Source: Bugula neritina
Taxonomy: Eukaryota; Animalia; Bryozoa
Direction of reading: 5' to 3'
NCBI GenBank assembly: GCA_964035545.1
Contig: OZ037767.1
Span: 9,992,581 to 10,056,580 of the forward strand
DNA length: 64,000 bases
This document shows, piece by piece, positions 1 to 12,851 of the stretch (position 1 is its first letter; each line of letters begins with the position of its first letter). A program made the position numbers and the translations under genes. The notes below the pieces were generated by a model. It was not told where the DNA came from. It ran no database searches and worked only from the letters and a program-made list of their open reading frames with translations.

Positions 1-161
1 ATATTATTATATTATATTATTTCATAATAATATTAATGATCAAACTTTGTGTCGCGCAGTGTAATATTTTAATTAATTGATTAATTTAAACTAATAGCTT
101 ATAAATTATTTACTCAATTATGTGTGTGGAAAAAGTTGTATAGAAGTTGTCTGCTTCACAG

Positions 162-1784
162 GATGGAGTTGTGAGTCACGAGGAATGGCTGCAGCTGTGG
201 GCGGACTGTACTGACGCCATATTGACTAAGAGGGAGTTCCCGTACTGGCTGAGCGCGTACATGTCCTTCATGTTTGATGCCGCTGACACTTCAGGTATGT
301 GACATGCTGAAAGTAGATGTGTTCTACTGGTAGTAGCAGCTCTAATGAAATTAGATACAATAGTTGAAAAAAGTTATGCAATGGCACAGTTTATACAAAT
401 ACGATATACTGTGAAATTATATATAGTATAACGTATAATTATATGCATTATACTGTGTAATTATATACATAAACGGTATACATTACTACAATACAGCATA
501 TACAAATATGCACTATACTTTACAATGACGAAGTATATACAAATAAACAAGACACTTTACAATGATATATTTACACAATATACTGCAGTATGCATGTAAT
601 TGATGGTTAATGCATATGACCCAATTGCTACATAAGTATTATATATACAGAATACAGTAATATGCAGTACAAACCTCTTATATAGTAGGTATATAATGTA
701 AATATATACTATTTATTCTGTACTCCTGGTTGTACAATCAACTCTTCATGTCTTGAACAGGGGACAACGTAATAGACAAGGATGAATACAGCAAAGCATA
801 TGTAGAGTTTGGTTTGACTCCTGAGCAGTGTGACCAAGCCTACAACACATTCACTGAGGTAGGCAACTCAACATTAGATACGCATTTATGTTTTTTTATA
901 GTCTATTTATTCCCATCCCCGTAAGGGATCTCCCTTTCTGTATAGGATCTCCAATCCTGTAGGGGAATTTCCCTTTCTGTACAGGGATCTCTAATCCTGT
1001 AGGGGAATTTCCATTTCTGTATAGGGATCTCCAATCCTGTAGGGGAATTTCCCTTTCTGTATAGGGATCTCCAATCCTGTAGGGGAATTTCTATTTCGGT
1101 AGTAGGTCAATAAATGTGTTACACACTAGACACAGGAACGAGTCTAATCAAGAGCTTTTTTTGACATCAATGATAGCCTTGTCGATTAAAATTTAAAGTC
1201 ATGAACTAGTGCTCTATAGTTCAGTGCTTCAATTATACTGGAAGTTGATTGGTGCTAATGGTTGTTATTAAAATAAAAACCTACTGCCATATAACTGTTG
1301 TGTTGAAATCACAGAAAGCCTGTGGTGAACACTTTGTATTAATTGCTGTTGATTATTCTGTTAGTTATAATTAGTTTATTATAAAGTGTTGGTGTAGGTA
1401 ACATTTACATAGCTTAGGAAACATAATAACTGCAATGTAATATTATTGTACGGAAAAACAATATCGGTATGATTAATAATTATATATATTAAAATGAATA
1501 CATATATACATTATATGCATCATATGCATGCATATATCTATCTGTCTTGCATATACCTCTATTAAACTGTATTTTATATGTTTCTATAGTAGAATTTGTT
1601 ATTTCTTTCAAATCACTACATAAAAATTGGAAGTTGTCTCCTTTAATACTAAGTAAAAATTATTCTGTAGGGAGGGAAAAGTATAATGAACAGAGAGCTG
1701 TTTAGCAAGTTGTGGCATGAGTTTTTCATCTCTGATGACAAGAATTCAAAAGGAAACTGCTTATTTGGAAAGTGCGATTGGTAG
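162..1784 (+). CDS. Calexcitin / sarcoplasmic calcium-binding protein (EF-hand) family, 3' part; exons 162-294, 761-858, 1671-1784; 5' exons lie outside the window
   Basis: Three AG/GT-bounded exons splice in frame to DGVVSHEEWLQLWADC...FMFDAADTSG|DNVIDKDEYSKAYVEFGLTPEQCDQAYNTFTE|GGKSIMNRELFSKLWHEFFISDDKNSKGNCLFGKCDW*. The EF-loop DTSGDNVIDKDE and the C-terminal SDD..GN.LFG are typical of SCP/calexcitin. Confidence 0.88.
924..1097. repeat. Intronic minisatellite, ~40-bp unit (CCTTTCTGTATAGGGATCTCCAATCCTGTAGGGGAATTTC), ~4 copies
   Basis: Direct tandem repeats visible in the sequence. Confidence 0.9.
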
Positions 1785-3185
1785 ATATTGGAGTCGTCAG
1801 CTTATGACCAAAATATCTCTGATTCAATCTCCTTGAACGCTACTTACATGCAGATGTAACATCTTTGGACAGTTAATCGATGCATTGGTTCTTTTATTTA
1901 TATATGGTCACTAGGCGAGGAACGCACTATTTGTGTTATAAAATAATATACAGTGGTAAAACTTATTAAATTAACTCTTTGTTTGTCATTTGACTCATGA
2001 TTCAGCCATTTAAATATCTTGGTTGCCAGCGTTCATTTTCAGTGTGTTTTGCTTTATTAAAAAATTTAATTTCTCACAATAGATCCATCTTAAGCCATTC
2101 ATCACTGGGTGAATAAAATGTTTAACAAGACTTACAATTTTTTTTAATAAATTATTAATAATTTAATAAGAGACATGGTTGTTTACTTGTATTGAATAGG
2201 ATTGAATCTTCAAGTTATGCATATTTAAATTGTTACTTGCTTTTATTTGGTTATATCATAAGATTCACTACCACCCTTTTTCCTGATGAGCAAATATTGT
2301 ATATCAGTAATCAGCGCCATAGAATACAACTGCTATAGTCACTAGATTAAAATATTGCAGTTCAGCCAAAGCCTATGATAGTTGAGAAATAATGTTAGAG
2401 CTGTTTCTAGTTTAAGGTGAAGTCCAGCATGGTAACTCATCACTATTTTGTTTTGCTTTGGGAAAATTGGATAATTGAAATCTTCTTCCAGATTGAGTAA
2501 CCATTTGATTGACTGCATAGCTGTTAGCTATTGAGATGTCTAAACGTAAAGCTTGTGATTCTAGAATTTTCAAGTTCAGTTTGAGCTGTGAAAAATGGCA
2601 CCGCTGTTAAGATGTTGTTGTGGCTTTACAGCGAGTTGAGTATTATTATTCTAACAACATATTATGTCTTTGATGGTTGGATAATAAATTGAAATTGACT
2701 TAAAAAATGCACAACATGGTGAAGCTTTTGAAAGTGCATTATGACAAAGCAGTACTTGAAGAGGAGAATATCGAGGGCTTACCATGTTTCAGAACCAAGT
2801 GAAAGTGAAAGCATTTTTATGTTCAATGGTTTCACAACAACCTTTGTTATGCTAATATGACATTCAAAGTGGAAATTAAAATGTTCTTTGTATCATTATA
2901 GTGTTTTGGAGATAAACATGTAATTTATCATTACAAACCATCGGCTGACTATAAAATAACTTTATAATAAAAATGGCAGCAATATATTGTTTAGTTTAGC
3001 AAGTCGCTATATAAACATGACCTATATTGCTTGACTTATACTACTGAGAGACACAGTGGTTACAGCCATGCCTCCAGAGTAACTTTGCATGTTGCATCAA
3101 AAGCCAAAATGCTATATGAATTGACGTAATATGTCATTTATTTACTGACTATTTTGTAGTCAGTATAAGTTAATATAAAATTTTT

Positions 3186-3255
3186 GCCCTAAATGTGATT
3201 CAAACCTGAGACTTTCAGCTTGCAAGCAAGCGCGCTACCATTACACCACAGAGGC
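3186..3255 (-). pseudogene. Degenerate tRNA-like sequence (tRNA pseudogene or SINE head)
   Basis: The minus strand reads GCCTCTGTGGTGTAATGGTAGCGCG...CTTGCAAG...GGTTTGAATC...AGGGC, with box A and box B like motifs at tRNA spacing but imperfect stems. A related 5' half occurs at 4682-4720 (+). Confidence 0.55.
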
Positions 3256-4380
3256 TATATACTGTGAAATCTAAACACTACAGTTATACACCAGGACAAC
3301 ATAATATGATTATATAATACAGTTTACATAATAATATTATAGTTCCACATTGCGCATGGCTGTGCCAGCAATTAAACTTGTGCTTATACCTAGCATTCAC
3401 AAATAGCAACACAGGTTTTAGCTGGTAATATCACATCATCAAAGGACTATGTTATAATTGATGGAATAAAGTTATGACAGCTTTATAGTTATGTAATGTA
3501 GAATAAACCAATATTCATCATTCAGCAGGGGGAAAGAGGGAACAACTCCTCATAACAAGTTTAGCAGCATAATTCTATCCTAGCACTATATTGGAACCTA
3601 TAGGCTATAACATTACAAAGAAGCATCTTTCACCCAGAAAGATTTATTATTCTATTAGATGACTATGTTATGGTGAGCTGGCTTTTTATGCGCGGAGTTA
3701 TCCTCGTTTTACAACATTTTAACTTTGACTAGCATTCATTAGCAGTTATTTAATTTTAAAAAAAATTTTAATTTATTAAAAAACGATTATTAATGGTAGA
3801 ACATTTCTTCACTTACATTAGACAAATTTATTTATCAGCGATTCCACATAGTAGCATAGTTTATAGGATCCGGTTGAATATAGGAGTAACTTCATTGGTA
3901 ACTCTACATTGAACATTTTTAAAATACTGTGAACTTTGTATTAAGTTAGAACCTTATCTTTTACCTGGTATCACTGTTCGAATAAATGGCTTTGAATTCA
4001 CTCAAGGTTAAATTAATGTCGAAACACGGAATAAATTTATCTCAAACTGTAAGTGTAAGTAATAGTATTAAGTTTAACTTTAAGTTTAAGAATAAAATTA
4101 AGAGTAACTGTAAGTGACCAAGTCTAAGTCAAAGTGTGAGTCTGTAAGTGTAAATGTAATACTAACTAGTAACTACTAAGTCTAATACTAATACCAATAG
4201 TTGTAGTAATAGTAAGCTACTCTAACTTCAAGACTCTAAGAGTAAGAGTAATTTAAAAGTGGGGTTAACCCTAAGGCTAATGTATCATTGATTTATATTT
4301 ATTATTTAATGTTTATTTTGGTACTGCCGATATAAATTAAAATATCCATGTAAATATAAATATTAAATAGACTATGAACT

Positions 4381-4630
4381 ACTGCCACTGGCACTGCTAG
4401 TGCTAGTAGAGTATTAGTACTAGTAGTAGTACTCTTAGTACTAGTAAAGTAATAGTGCTGGTACTAGTAGTAGTACTACTACTACTACTAGTACTAGTAG
4501 TAGTACTACTACTAGTACTAGTAGTAGTACTACTACTACTAGTAGTAGTAGTAGTACTACTACTATTAATACTACTACTAGTAGTAGTAGTAGTAGTTGT
4601 GGTAGTTGTAATCTATAATTATAACTATAA
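4381..4630. repeat. (TAG/ACT)n-rich low-complexity tract with local palindromes
   Basis: Runs of AGT/TAG alternate with ACT/TAC; this explains the spurious ORF 4441-4731. Confidence 0.85.
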
Positions 4631-6431
4631 GTAAGAGTAAGCAAATAACTAAGTGGTTCTAGTGTTGAATGTATCCAATAGACCCTGTGGCGTAATGAGT
4701 AGCGCACCTGCCTGCAAGCCATTGGGAGCAAGTATTTTATAGTGGTAAGAGAACTGACAAGTCTAAAGTTGGATTACGTGCTTAATAAATTCAAGTCACA
4801 CTCACTAGAAAGTTAAATGTAAATGTGAATGTCGAGCAAAGTTACTAGTCATAATGATAATGATGAATTCAAATTAATCTTTTTTTAAGTTTAAGCTTAT
4901 TCAGAATTACTTACCCAATCTGACAACTTAGTGTTTTATTCTATTTGTTAATAAATGCTAACAAAATATTTTGATCAATAATTAGCCATGTATTTAACTG
5001 TTTAATTATATGATTATAAATATAGTTTTATTTTTGCAAATATATAAATTCTCCATTATAAATAATAATTTAAAACACAGAACTGGGTCAACATTACTGC
5101 AGATCAAGTAATAACAGTCAGTAAACATTTTTCCTCACGCATGCTGATGCTATGCCTATTTTGTTTCTAAGTATATAATTGTAATTAATATGTTTATCTA
5201 CCACATCCTGGCTTTCTTGCCCATACAGCGCACGTATGCCTTCAGTTTCATGTCTGCAAATTAATTGTCTTTTTTATTTTAGATAGCTGAATTTTCTGGT
5301 ACTATTGACCTTGCTAAAAATAGGCTTGCAGCACGTATGTCTCTAACTATTTGTGTTCAAGTAACTCTGTGTAGTTTCAACATGATTTTTTAACGTTCAA
5401 TAAAGCTATAAAACCATATGAACATTTTCTAAGAGTTTTTTCTTATAATATGTAAATGTTTAATTTCCTGTCTACCAACTTTCACTGCCTTGTACAAAAG
5501 ATACTTTTTTACAAATTTGGTTTGATCAATCGGACTGAAATAATTTTAACTAAAATTGGTTACTAGCCAGTATTTAATGTTTGTTTTAGATTGATTCGTA
5601 TGAATTGAATAATGAGGATAACTTGACCTAAATTTGGTTTATATAATATGCATCAACATAGACTTCAACTCTTAAGTTTATGGTATTTTAATATATGATG
5701 TTCTACTGAATCGCTGTGAAGCTAGAAGTAAATCTGTTTGTGTTTAAAGAGAACTATTGCTACAGATCTAAGCAAGCATCAAACTAATAAACGTCAATCG
5801 ATTTTTCTGTAGGAAGCGTCTTTTCATTAACTGTGAAATTACACATCCCAGTTGAAAAAAAACAATTTTTTTTGTTTAATTTTGGTATTGACACTCCAAT
5901 CATAGTCAGTAACTTTGATTCTCGACATTTATGTCATGGTAGTTTTATTTGTTTTCTCACTTTGTATAGCCTGTGTTCTAAACTGTCAAACAATTGTAAA
6001 TAGTATATGTGTATCTGAGCAGTTAAAAGTGACACACTATAAAAGTTGGCAATAATCAGTACTATTTCTCTAAAGCTGCCAAAATTGATCAATCGCAATA
6101 TCATCAGCAAGTGAGATGACATTTTGAATCTAGTATCATACACAGTTTATTAGACAACCACTTCTTTGGGGGACACAACTCTAAAACTGTGTCTAGCTTA
6201 CAGCTAAGGCACTTCTAAATATTTTAATGCTGCATAAATATAACCAGCCGGCTCTGCTTTAGATTAAAAATTAACAAATTCATAACTTGATAGAGAAAAT
6301 TAAATGCTTTGATAAGCTGATATAAAACACTAACCTATAATAAATTCGGCATTTCTTATATATAAAATCTCTTGGTGATGAAGGGAATGTGAATATGTAT
6401 CCAGTTCATTAAACAAATCTCTATTCCCTAG

Positions 6432-9400
6432 TGGCTAACGTTAAGGCCCAAAGAGCATGTGCTACTCAAAGCACTCAGTGGAACTACCAAACGCTTGCCG
6501 TCTCTGTTCCTAATCCGCATGTAGCTCATGTAGAGCTGAACAGACCAGAGAAAGGCAATGCTATGAACTTAACATTTTGGAGGTCAGTATCTCTCAATGG
6601 TAATGTTTCTTCAGTGTATGCCATGATTTAATGAATTGCAGACCAATATATGATAGCATTATGCTTAGTTTAATAAACCAAATTTTTTAATAACTGTAAT
6701 TTTTAAAATCTTGAAATTTTCTAGTAACTGTTGAATAATGATTAGAAAATAATTTAGTTGCTGACAACGCCGCCACTTCATGGTAAAAGCAAAGTTAGAT
6801 TTTTACCACAAGTTTCAAGCATCCAAAGCAGAGGTGTCCAACTTTTTCAGGGCGAGGGCCACTGAAAGGGAATTTTCTGGTGGTGAGGGCCACATTATAA
6901 AATTCAGCTTGAGCTGGGGGCCACAGCATCAGTATTTTTCAAATTACTTTATTTCTAATTTTTATGAATCGTTGCACAATAAAATCTCAATGGTTACATT
7001 AGGCTGCACGTTTTGTAGCATGTATGTAAATAAGATATTTAAAAGATGGTTTTTCACCCTAATTCATGAATGTGTAAAATAAATTTTAGCTTTATGCCTT
7101 TGAAGGCCACATATATGTAGGCTGGGTGCCATGTTCGGCCCTGGGGCCACCTGTTGGACAGCTCTGATCTAAAGCTTTATATACAGTAAATATTTATAAA
7201 CTCAGAAGTAGAATAATGTTATATGCATTTTGTTCAATCGGTATAAATACGCTATACTCCGCTACCTTAAAGCTTTCTGTAATTCATACCGTAAAGTGTT
7301 TATGATTCCTACTAGGGAAATGGTGGAATGCTTCAAATCCCTGGGTGCTGACGGAGATATAAGAGCGATCGTGGTGTCTGGAAGAGGAAAGATTTTTACT
7401 GGTGGCCTTGACCTTGTGTCGTTGACACAGGAAATGCCAGATTTCTTTGATACAAGTAAAGATATTGGTCGCAGGGCGAAAAGTTTACGACAAACAATAG
7501 AGCAGTTTCAACAGAGCTTCACTCAAATAGAACAGGTGATATAAGACATCGTCTGTACCCAGTGGGGGCTGATAACTCTAATCGATACAGTCAAAAAGTT
7601 TTCTACATTAAATATTGGGGGGGGGGAAGCCACAAGTTGTAAGCTTTAGCTATGTTTGGTAAGCTATGGCTAAGCTAAGTGGAGAATGAAACCAAGATTG
7701 TAGGAAATTGAATAACTTGCAATAGGTGAATGTTTTTTAGCCATATTTATCAACGTAAACTTTATATAGTTAAAATTGATGTTTTTAAAGACATAATTTT
7801 ATTCTGTTTTATATTCTGTGAAATCTGTATGTTCAGATATGGCCTATGTCTATGGGATTTTTATTTGGAAGGTTAAATTTAACAGAGTGTGAAGATGTTT
7901 TGTAGTTTTACTTCTTAAAAGGATTTGTAAGAAAGGTTAAAGTTAATAATTTTGAGTGAGATTTGTAAAACATATAATATGCATATAATTTGCTATTAGT
8001 TAATTGAGTGAAGTGGTTACCAAAGTTGCTGAAACCTTATAACCTCAAAGGTGGCCTGCAGGGGAAATATATGATTATCCAAATAGAAATTTGACCCCCC
8101 CCCCCCGACCAAGCAAAACTTACATCTTTGCCATCAGCAATAGAAGAAAAGAACTTATGTTACAAGTTCCAATCAGTTAGAGACTAATAAGCAAGTTAAT
8201 CGATTTTATAATAAATTATTCATTACTAGTAAATGTTTATTTTGAACCTGCCTACTAAAAATTGAAAAAATGATATTTCTCAAATTTTGAACTATTGAAT
8301 GTCTCACCTGGCCCACTTTATTCTGTCTCATACTGGGAATAGCTTACCTTAACCAAAATAGTGGCCATATTGTACTGAAAGCTATTCGAATTATTCCATT
8401 TACACAGCAGTTGCAATCACCAGGTAAGTATAGAGTACATGTATATCCGCTCCTAGCTGTATTATATACGTCTGCTTGTAGTGCCCCCAGCCTGTCATTG
8501 CCGCTGTGCACAGTGCGTGTGTCGGCGGAGGAGTAGATCTGGTTACGGCGTGTGATGTCAGATTCTGCTCAGCTGATGCCTATTTCCAAGTCAAGGTAGG
8601 GGGGTAATTTGACGTCTCAACCATTTTAGCAGTTGTTAAAGTTGCTACTGAAGTTTTAGATTACGGTTATTTTTTCTAGCTGCAATGAACACATTTAAAA
8701 GTCTTTACTTTTTCGCTATAGCCAATAGCGGCATTTTGCCATCCAGTAAATCATGATAGAAATGTAGATTTTAAAATGTTTGCTATCTTAACCCATAGTT
8801 GGAAATTCAAGTGAATGTATTGTATCAGAGTTATGTTGAATTCACAGTCAGTCAAATTGAGTCATTGGCTACCCAAGTCAAGGCACGACTGAGACATTAA
8901 CTGTAGAGCTTATGTGTGATATCATTGTATGTATAGCTTCTTTATAGCAATTCATAGGAATCAGTGGGAAATAATTACTTCCAACTTCGCAGCATAAATA
9001 CATATAATAATTTGTAGTTTTAGGTCTAGCTGTTTTGAAATGGATGTTAATCTGTATGCAATGGAAATGAAATTGAACATAACTACCATAAAGATGGGGA
9101 AATGCCATTATAATACTATCATAGTAGTTGAATCTCTCCTGTTACAATGAAATTATAGTGGCGTATCTCGATTTTTATCAAAACACTATTGAATCATGTT
9201 TTATTTGAATTCCTGTTTTAAATGCTAAAAAATGAATTTGGTAATTTGAAAATTTTGAAAAATTTAAAGTAAGTCAATCAAAATTTTCAAGTCAAGCCAG
9301 ATCAATGATTTTAGTCAAAACTTTCAAGTCAGTTTAAGTATGGAAGTATAGATCTAACTATAGAAGTATTGTGGTATTTGCATCATTATTTTATACTTCA

Positions 9401-10723
9401 ATGATATATACTCCAGATGCCCGTAATAGGCATTCACTAGGCTTCACTATTGAAACATGCTGAATGTAAATTCTTTGCCCGTAATGAACTCAAAAAATAA
9501 AGAGATGAGAGAATTTAAGATGTGAACAAGTTTATTCTGTGTAATCAATTGTCAGGCTTTACTGGTTGTCCTCATACATAGTGAATGTGAACACCACTCT
9601 TATGTATCCTATGAGCTCTACTGGCCTATTCAATTTGACATTGGTTCTTGTTTGGAGAAAGACATTGAGACTGGTTTGCTTGTCGTAACAGGAAGTAGAT
9701 CTAGGTTTGGCCGCAGATGTTGGCACACTGCAAAGATTACCAAAGATAGTTGGGAATGGCAGCTTTGTCAGAGATATATGCTACACGGCGAGAAAGGTGT
9801 ACAGTCAGGAAGCCCTTGATATGGGTATTGTAAGGTCAGGCACTCTTGGTTTTACATAATAATTATGAGGAATTTTTATGGGCAGGTTTTTTTTTCTTTA
9901 AAGTGCGTAGAAGTTGATTTCCTTTTGTGTAATATTATTTAGATGAACAGTTTCCTATTGAAGTGTATATCTAATTGAATAGTCGAGTTCTGGCAACTAA
10001 AGATTCTTGTGTGGAGGCGGCACTCAACACTGCCAAACTAATAGCTGAGAAGAGTCCTGTAGCTGTCCAGGCTACCAAAGAGTCCATCAACTATTCCAGA
10101 GATCATCCAGTGACTGACAGTCTCAACCACGTGGTGAGTTACTATTAGTATGTAGACTAACTAGACTGTGAGTTACTGTTAGTATGTAGACTATACTGTG
10201 AGTTACTGTTAGTATGTAGACTACACTGTGAGTTACTGTTAGTGTATAAACTATACAGTGAGTTACTGTTAGTATGTAGATTAATTTTTCTGTGAGTTAC
10301 TGTTAGTATGTAGACTACACTGTGAGTTATTGTTAGTATGTAGACTATACAGTGAGTTACTGTTAGTATGTAGACTACACTGTGAGTTGCTTTTAGTGTA
10401 TAAACTATACAGTGAGTTACTGTTAGTATGTAGATTAACTTTACTGTGAGTTACTATTAGTATATATAATATACTGTGAGTTATGGCCCATGTATAATGT
10501 CTATGGTATGAAAATATTACTTCTTGTGCGTACACTCACTTTGCTATGTTATACATGCAACCACTTTGCTATGCCATACTTACGCTCACTTTGCTATGTC
10601 ATACTTACTTTGACTTATTTCCTGCAGAGACTAATCAACCAGTGTATGTTACAAAGTGAGGACGTTGTCAAATCTGCTGAAGCTATGCTGAATAAAGAAA
10701 CGGCTGTGTATAGCAAACTGTGA
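6432..10723 (+). CDS. ECH1: Delta(3,5)-Delta(2,4)-dienoyl-CoA isomerase (crotonase family); exons 6432-6582, 7316-7535, 8482-8595, 9692-9834, 9983-10133, 10628-10723; first exon not firmly located
   Basis: Spliced translation contains HVELNRPEKGNAMN, IVVSGRGKIFTGGLDL, CPQPVIAAVHSACVGGGVDLVTACDVRFC, KEVDLGLAADVGTLQRLPKIVG and KSPVAVQATKESINYSRDH, and ends in the PTS1 signal SKL*. All phases are compatible. Confidence 0.95.
6829..7166. mobile_element. Non-autonomous hAT-type MITE (338 bp) in an ECH1 intron
   Basis: 14-bp TIRs CAGAGGTGTCCAAC / GTTGGACAGCTCTG (1 mismatch), 8-bp TSD ATCCAAAG / ATCTAAAG, and subterminal GGCCAC repeats. Confidence 0.85.
10134..10482 (+). repeat. 30-bp minisatellite in the last ECH1 intron, ~12 copies, each starting with GTGAGT
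   Basis: Unit GTGAGTTACTGTTAGTATGTAGACTACACT; the first copy is the intron donor. Confidence 0.92.
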
Positions 10724-12851
10724 CCATCTGCAGTATACTAACTATACAATCAATTGTTACCTTATTTATTTGTCCAATCTGTAACTGAATAGCATGCAGC
10801 TAGAATTTAACCATTTTCTATCACCTTCCTGTTAGATTGCGGATATTGAAACAGCAAAAAATCAACTGTCAAATGAAAACATTTACAAATATTATTTAAA
10901 ATTGAAGCTCACAATAAATTAATGTATATTATCTTGTGATATTTTTATAATTTTAAAGACAGGTGATTATAATAGTATCATGGTGTGATTTTTAGCATTT
11001 GAATATTTATCTAATTAAGATTGTTTTATAAATAATTAATACATTAATTAGCACTTTAAACATGCTCCGTCATAAAATTTCATTGACAAAAATACATACA
11101 TTAATATAATATATAATTTGTTTGAATTTATTGTGTGCATCATTCTGCAACTTACAAGAAGTTTAGTTGCTGTAGAGTGTTGATTATTGCCAAGAAATTT
11201 AAACTTGAATAAAAAAAATTAGACCCATGTATGCTCCAATGTTAGTAGATTTAATCAATGTGGCCTTCCCTCATGATTCATATGTAGTATGTTGTCAACA
11301 TGACATCAATATGATATGTAATCATTATGCAGTTGGGCCTAGGGCTAATAAAGTCACCTGATATGCAGCCTGTCTCAGTGCAGACAACTCTGTCGGTGTT
11401 CTGCTGCGGAAGTTGGTTCTCTGCTCAGTAATCCATGGGGATATAATATTTTTATAGAGTGGAAGGTTAGGGACAACATGTACAATAATGACGGTGGGAA
11501 AAAACTTTACTAAAAGCTAGCTAGTAAGAAATATTATTAAAATTACACTTTTATACATGCATTATATATTTTCACAATTATAAACTTACAATTTCTTTCA
11601 GCTCATGTGGCCTACAGAGTACACCACAATAAAAACATGGTTTTGGTTGCCTTATATGGTAACTGTTCAATGAGCTGTATGTTATGTAACTGAACTATAA
11701 ACAAGATAAAACCATGTGATAACCTCAAGTCATACATGTTTTAGTTTCCATTATTAGCACACATTTATTTTACAACCTGATGCAATAGCAATATCAAATT
11801 TAACTCTCATAGGGATAGAAAGTGATTTTGTCAGATAATTTAAAAGCTATAGAGAAGCAATTGACCTATTTTTAACTTGTTGATGCTAGATACCATATTT
11901 TATAATAAAAAATGTTGTTACAAAACTTTTATCCGTGATGTCTTTCAAGGATCTGCGGATGCACACCCTACAAACATGAACTGACTGCCAGTTTTATTGT
12001 GTATGTTAAGTGTTAACCATGGATCAGCCATTTATTTATAACACTGTACCTATGTTTAATAAATATTGTATCACTATATTATTATGATGATAGTAGTAGT
12101 TACTACATAACTATATTGTTATGGTGATGGTAATAGTTATTACTATTACTACATTATGGTGATGGCGAATATTAGTAAAGCTGAGGTTACAGGTTCAACA
12201 ACCTGCACTACATGCTAACTGGGATACATGAAAGTTGACAAAACATGGTGTTAGCTATTTCTGCTGTCATGCCTGGCTCTAAAATTTTCTACGAAAGCAA
12301 CTTTAAAAGGGCAGCATCATTGCTTACCATTACAAATCGTCCAAACAAATCGTAACTCCTATATGTTCTCCATTTTTACCATTTATATTTATTAATGACA
12401 CAATAAATAGCCAGTCATTACTATCATTACATAAACATAACGTAACTTGTGAAGTCCATTGATAATAAAAACCATCAACGATTGATGAAAAACTATTGCA
12501 AAATATAACAGCTTTGAGAAGCGTTTTAATCAAGCAGCGAAGCCCATATCCCACCCTCTGTGACTAATAAGTTCACATTGATATAACCTTGAAGGACTAA
12601 TTTTATTTTTATTTGCTAAGGTGAATATTGCTTATGACTATCTGATAACATAATATGAAAATAAAAGCTAACAGAAAGAAAAATTGAAAGGATATTACTG
12701 AATAATTATAATAAATAGCTAGCAGGTGCGAAGTTGCAGTGAAAATGTGTAAAAAGTATTTTAATATAAGGAATTAGCCTTTGCTGTGTTTCTACACAAT
12801 AGAATACTGGCAATAACTCAAATGTAAAACATGCATAAATAAGGTGACAGC

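Noticed and set aside
6780-7082. 100-aa ORF in an ECH1 intron
   Set aside because: Overlaps the non-coding MITE; no transposase similarity.
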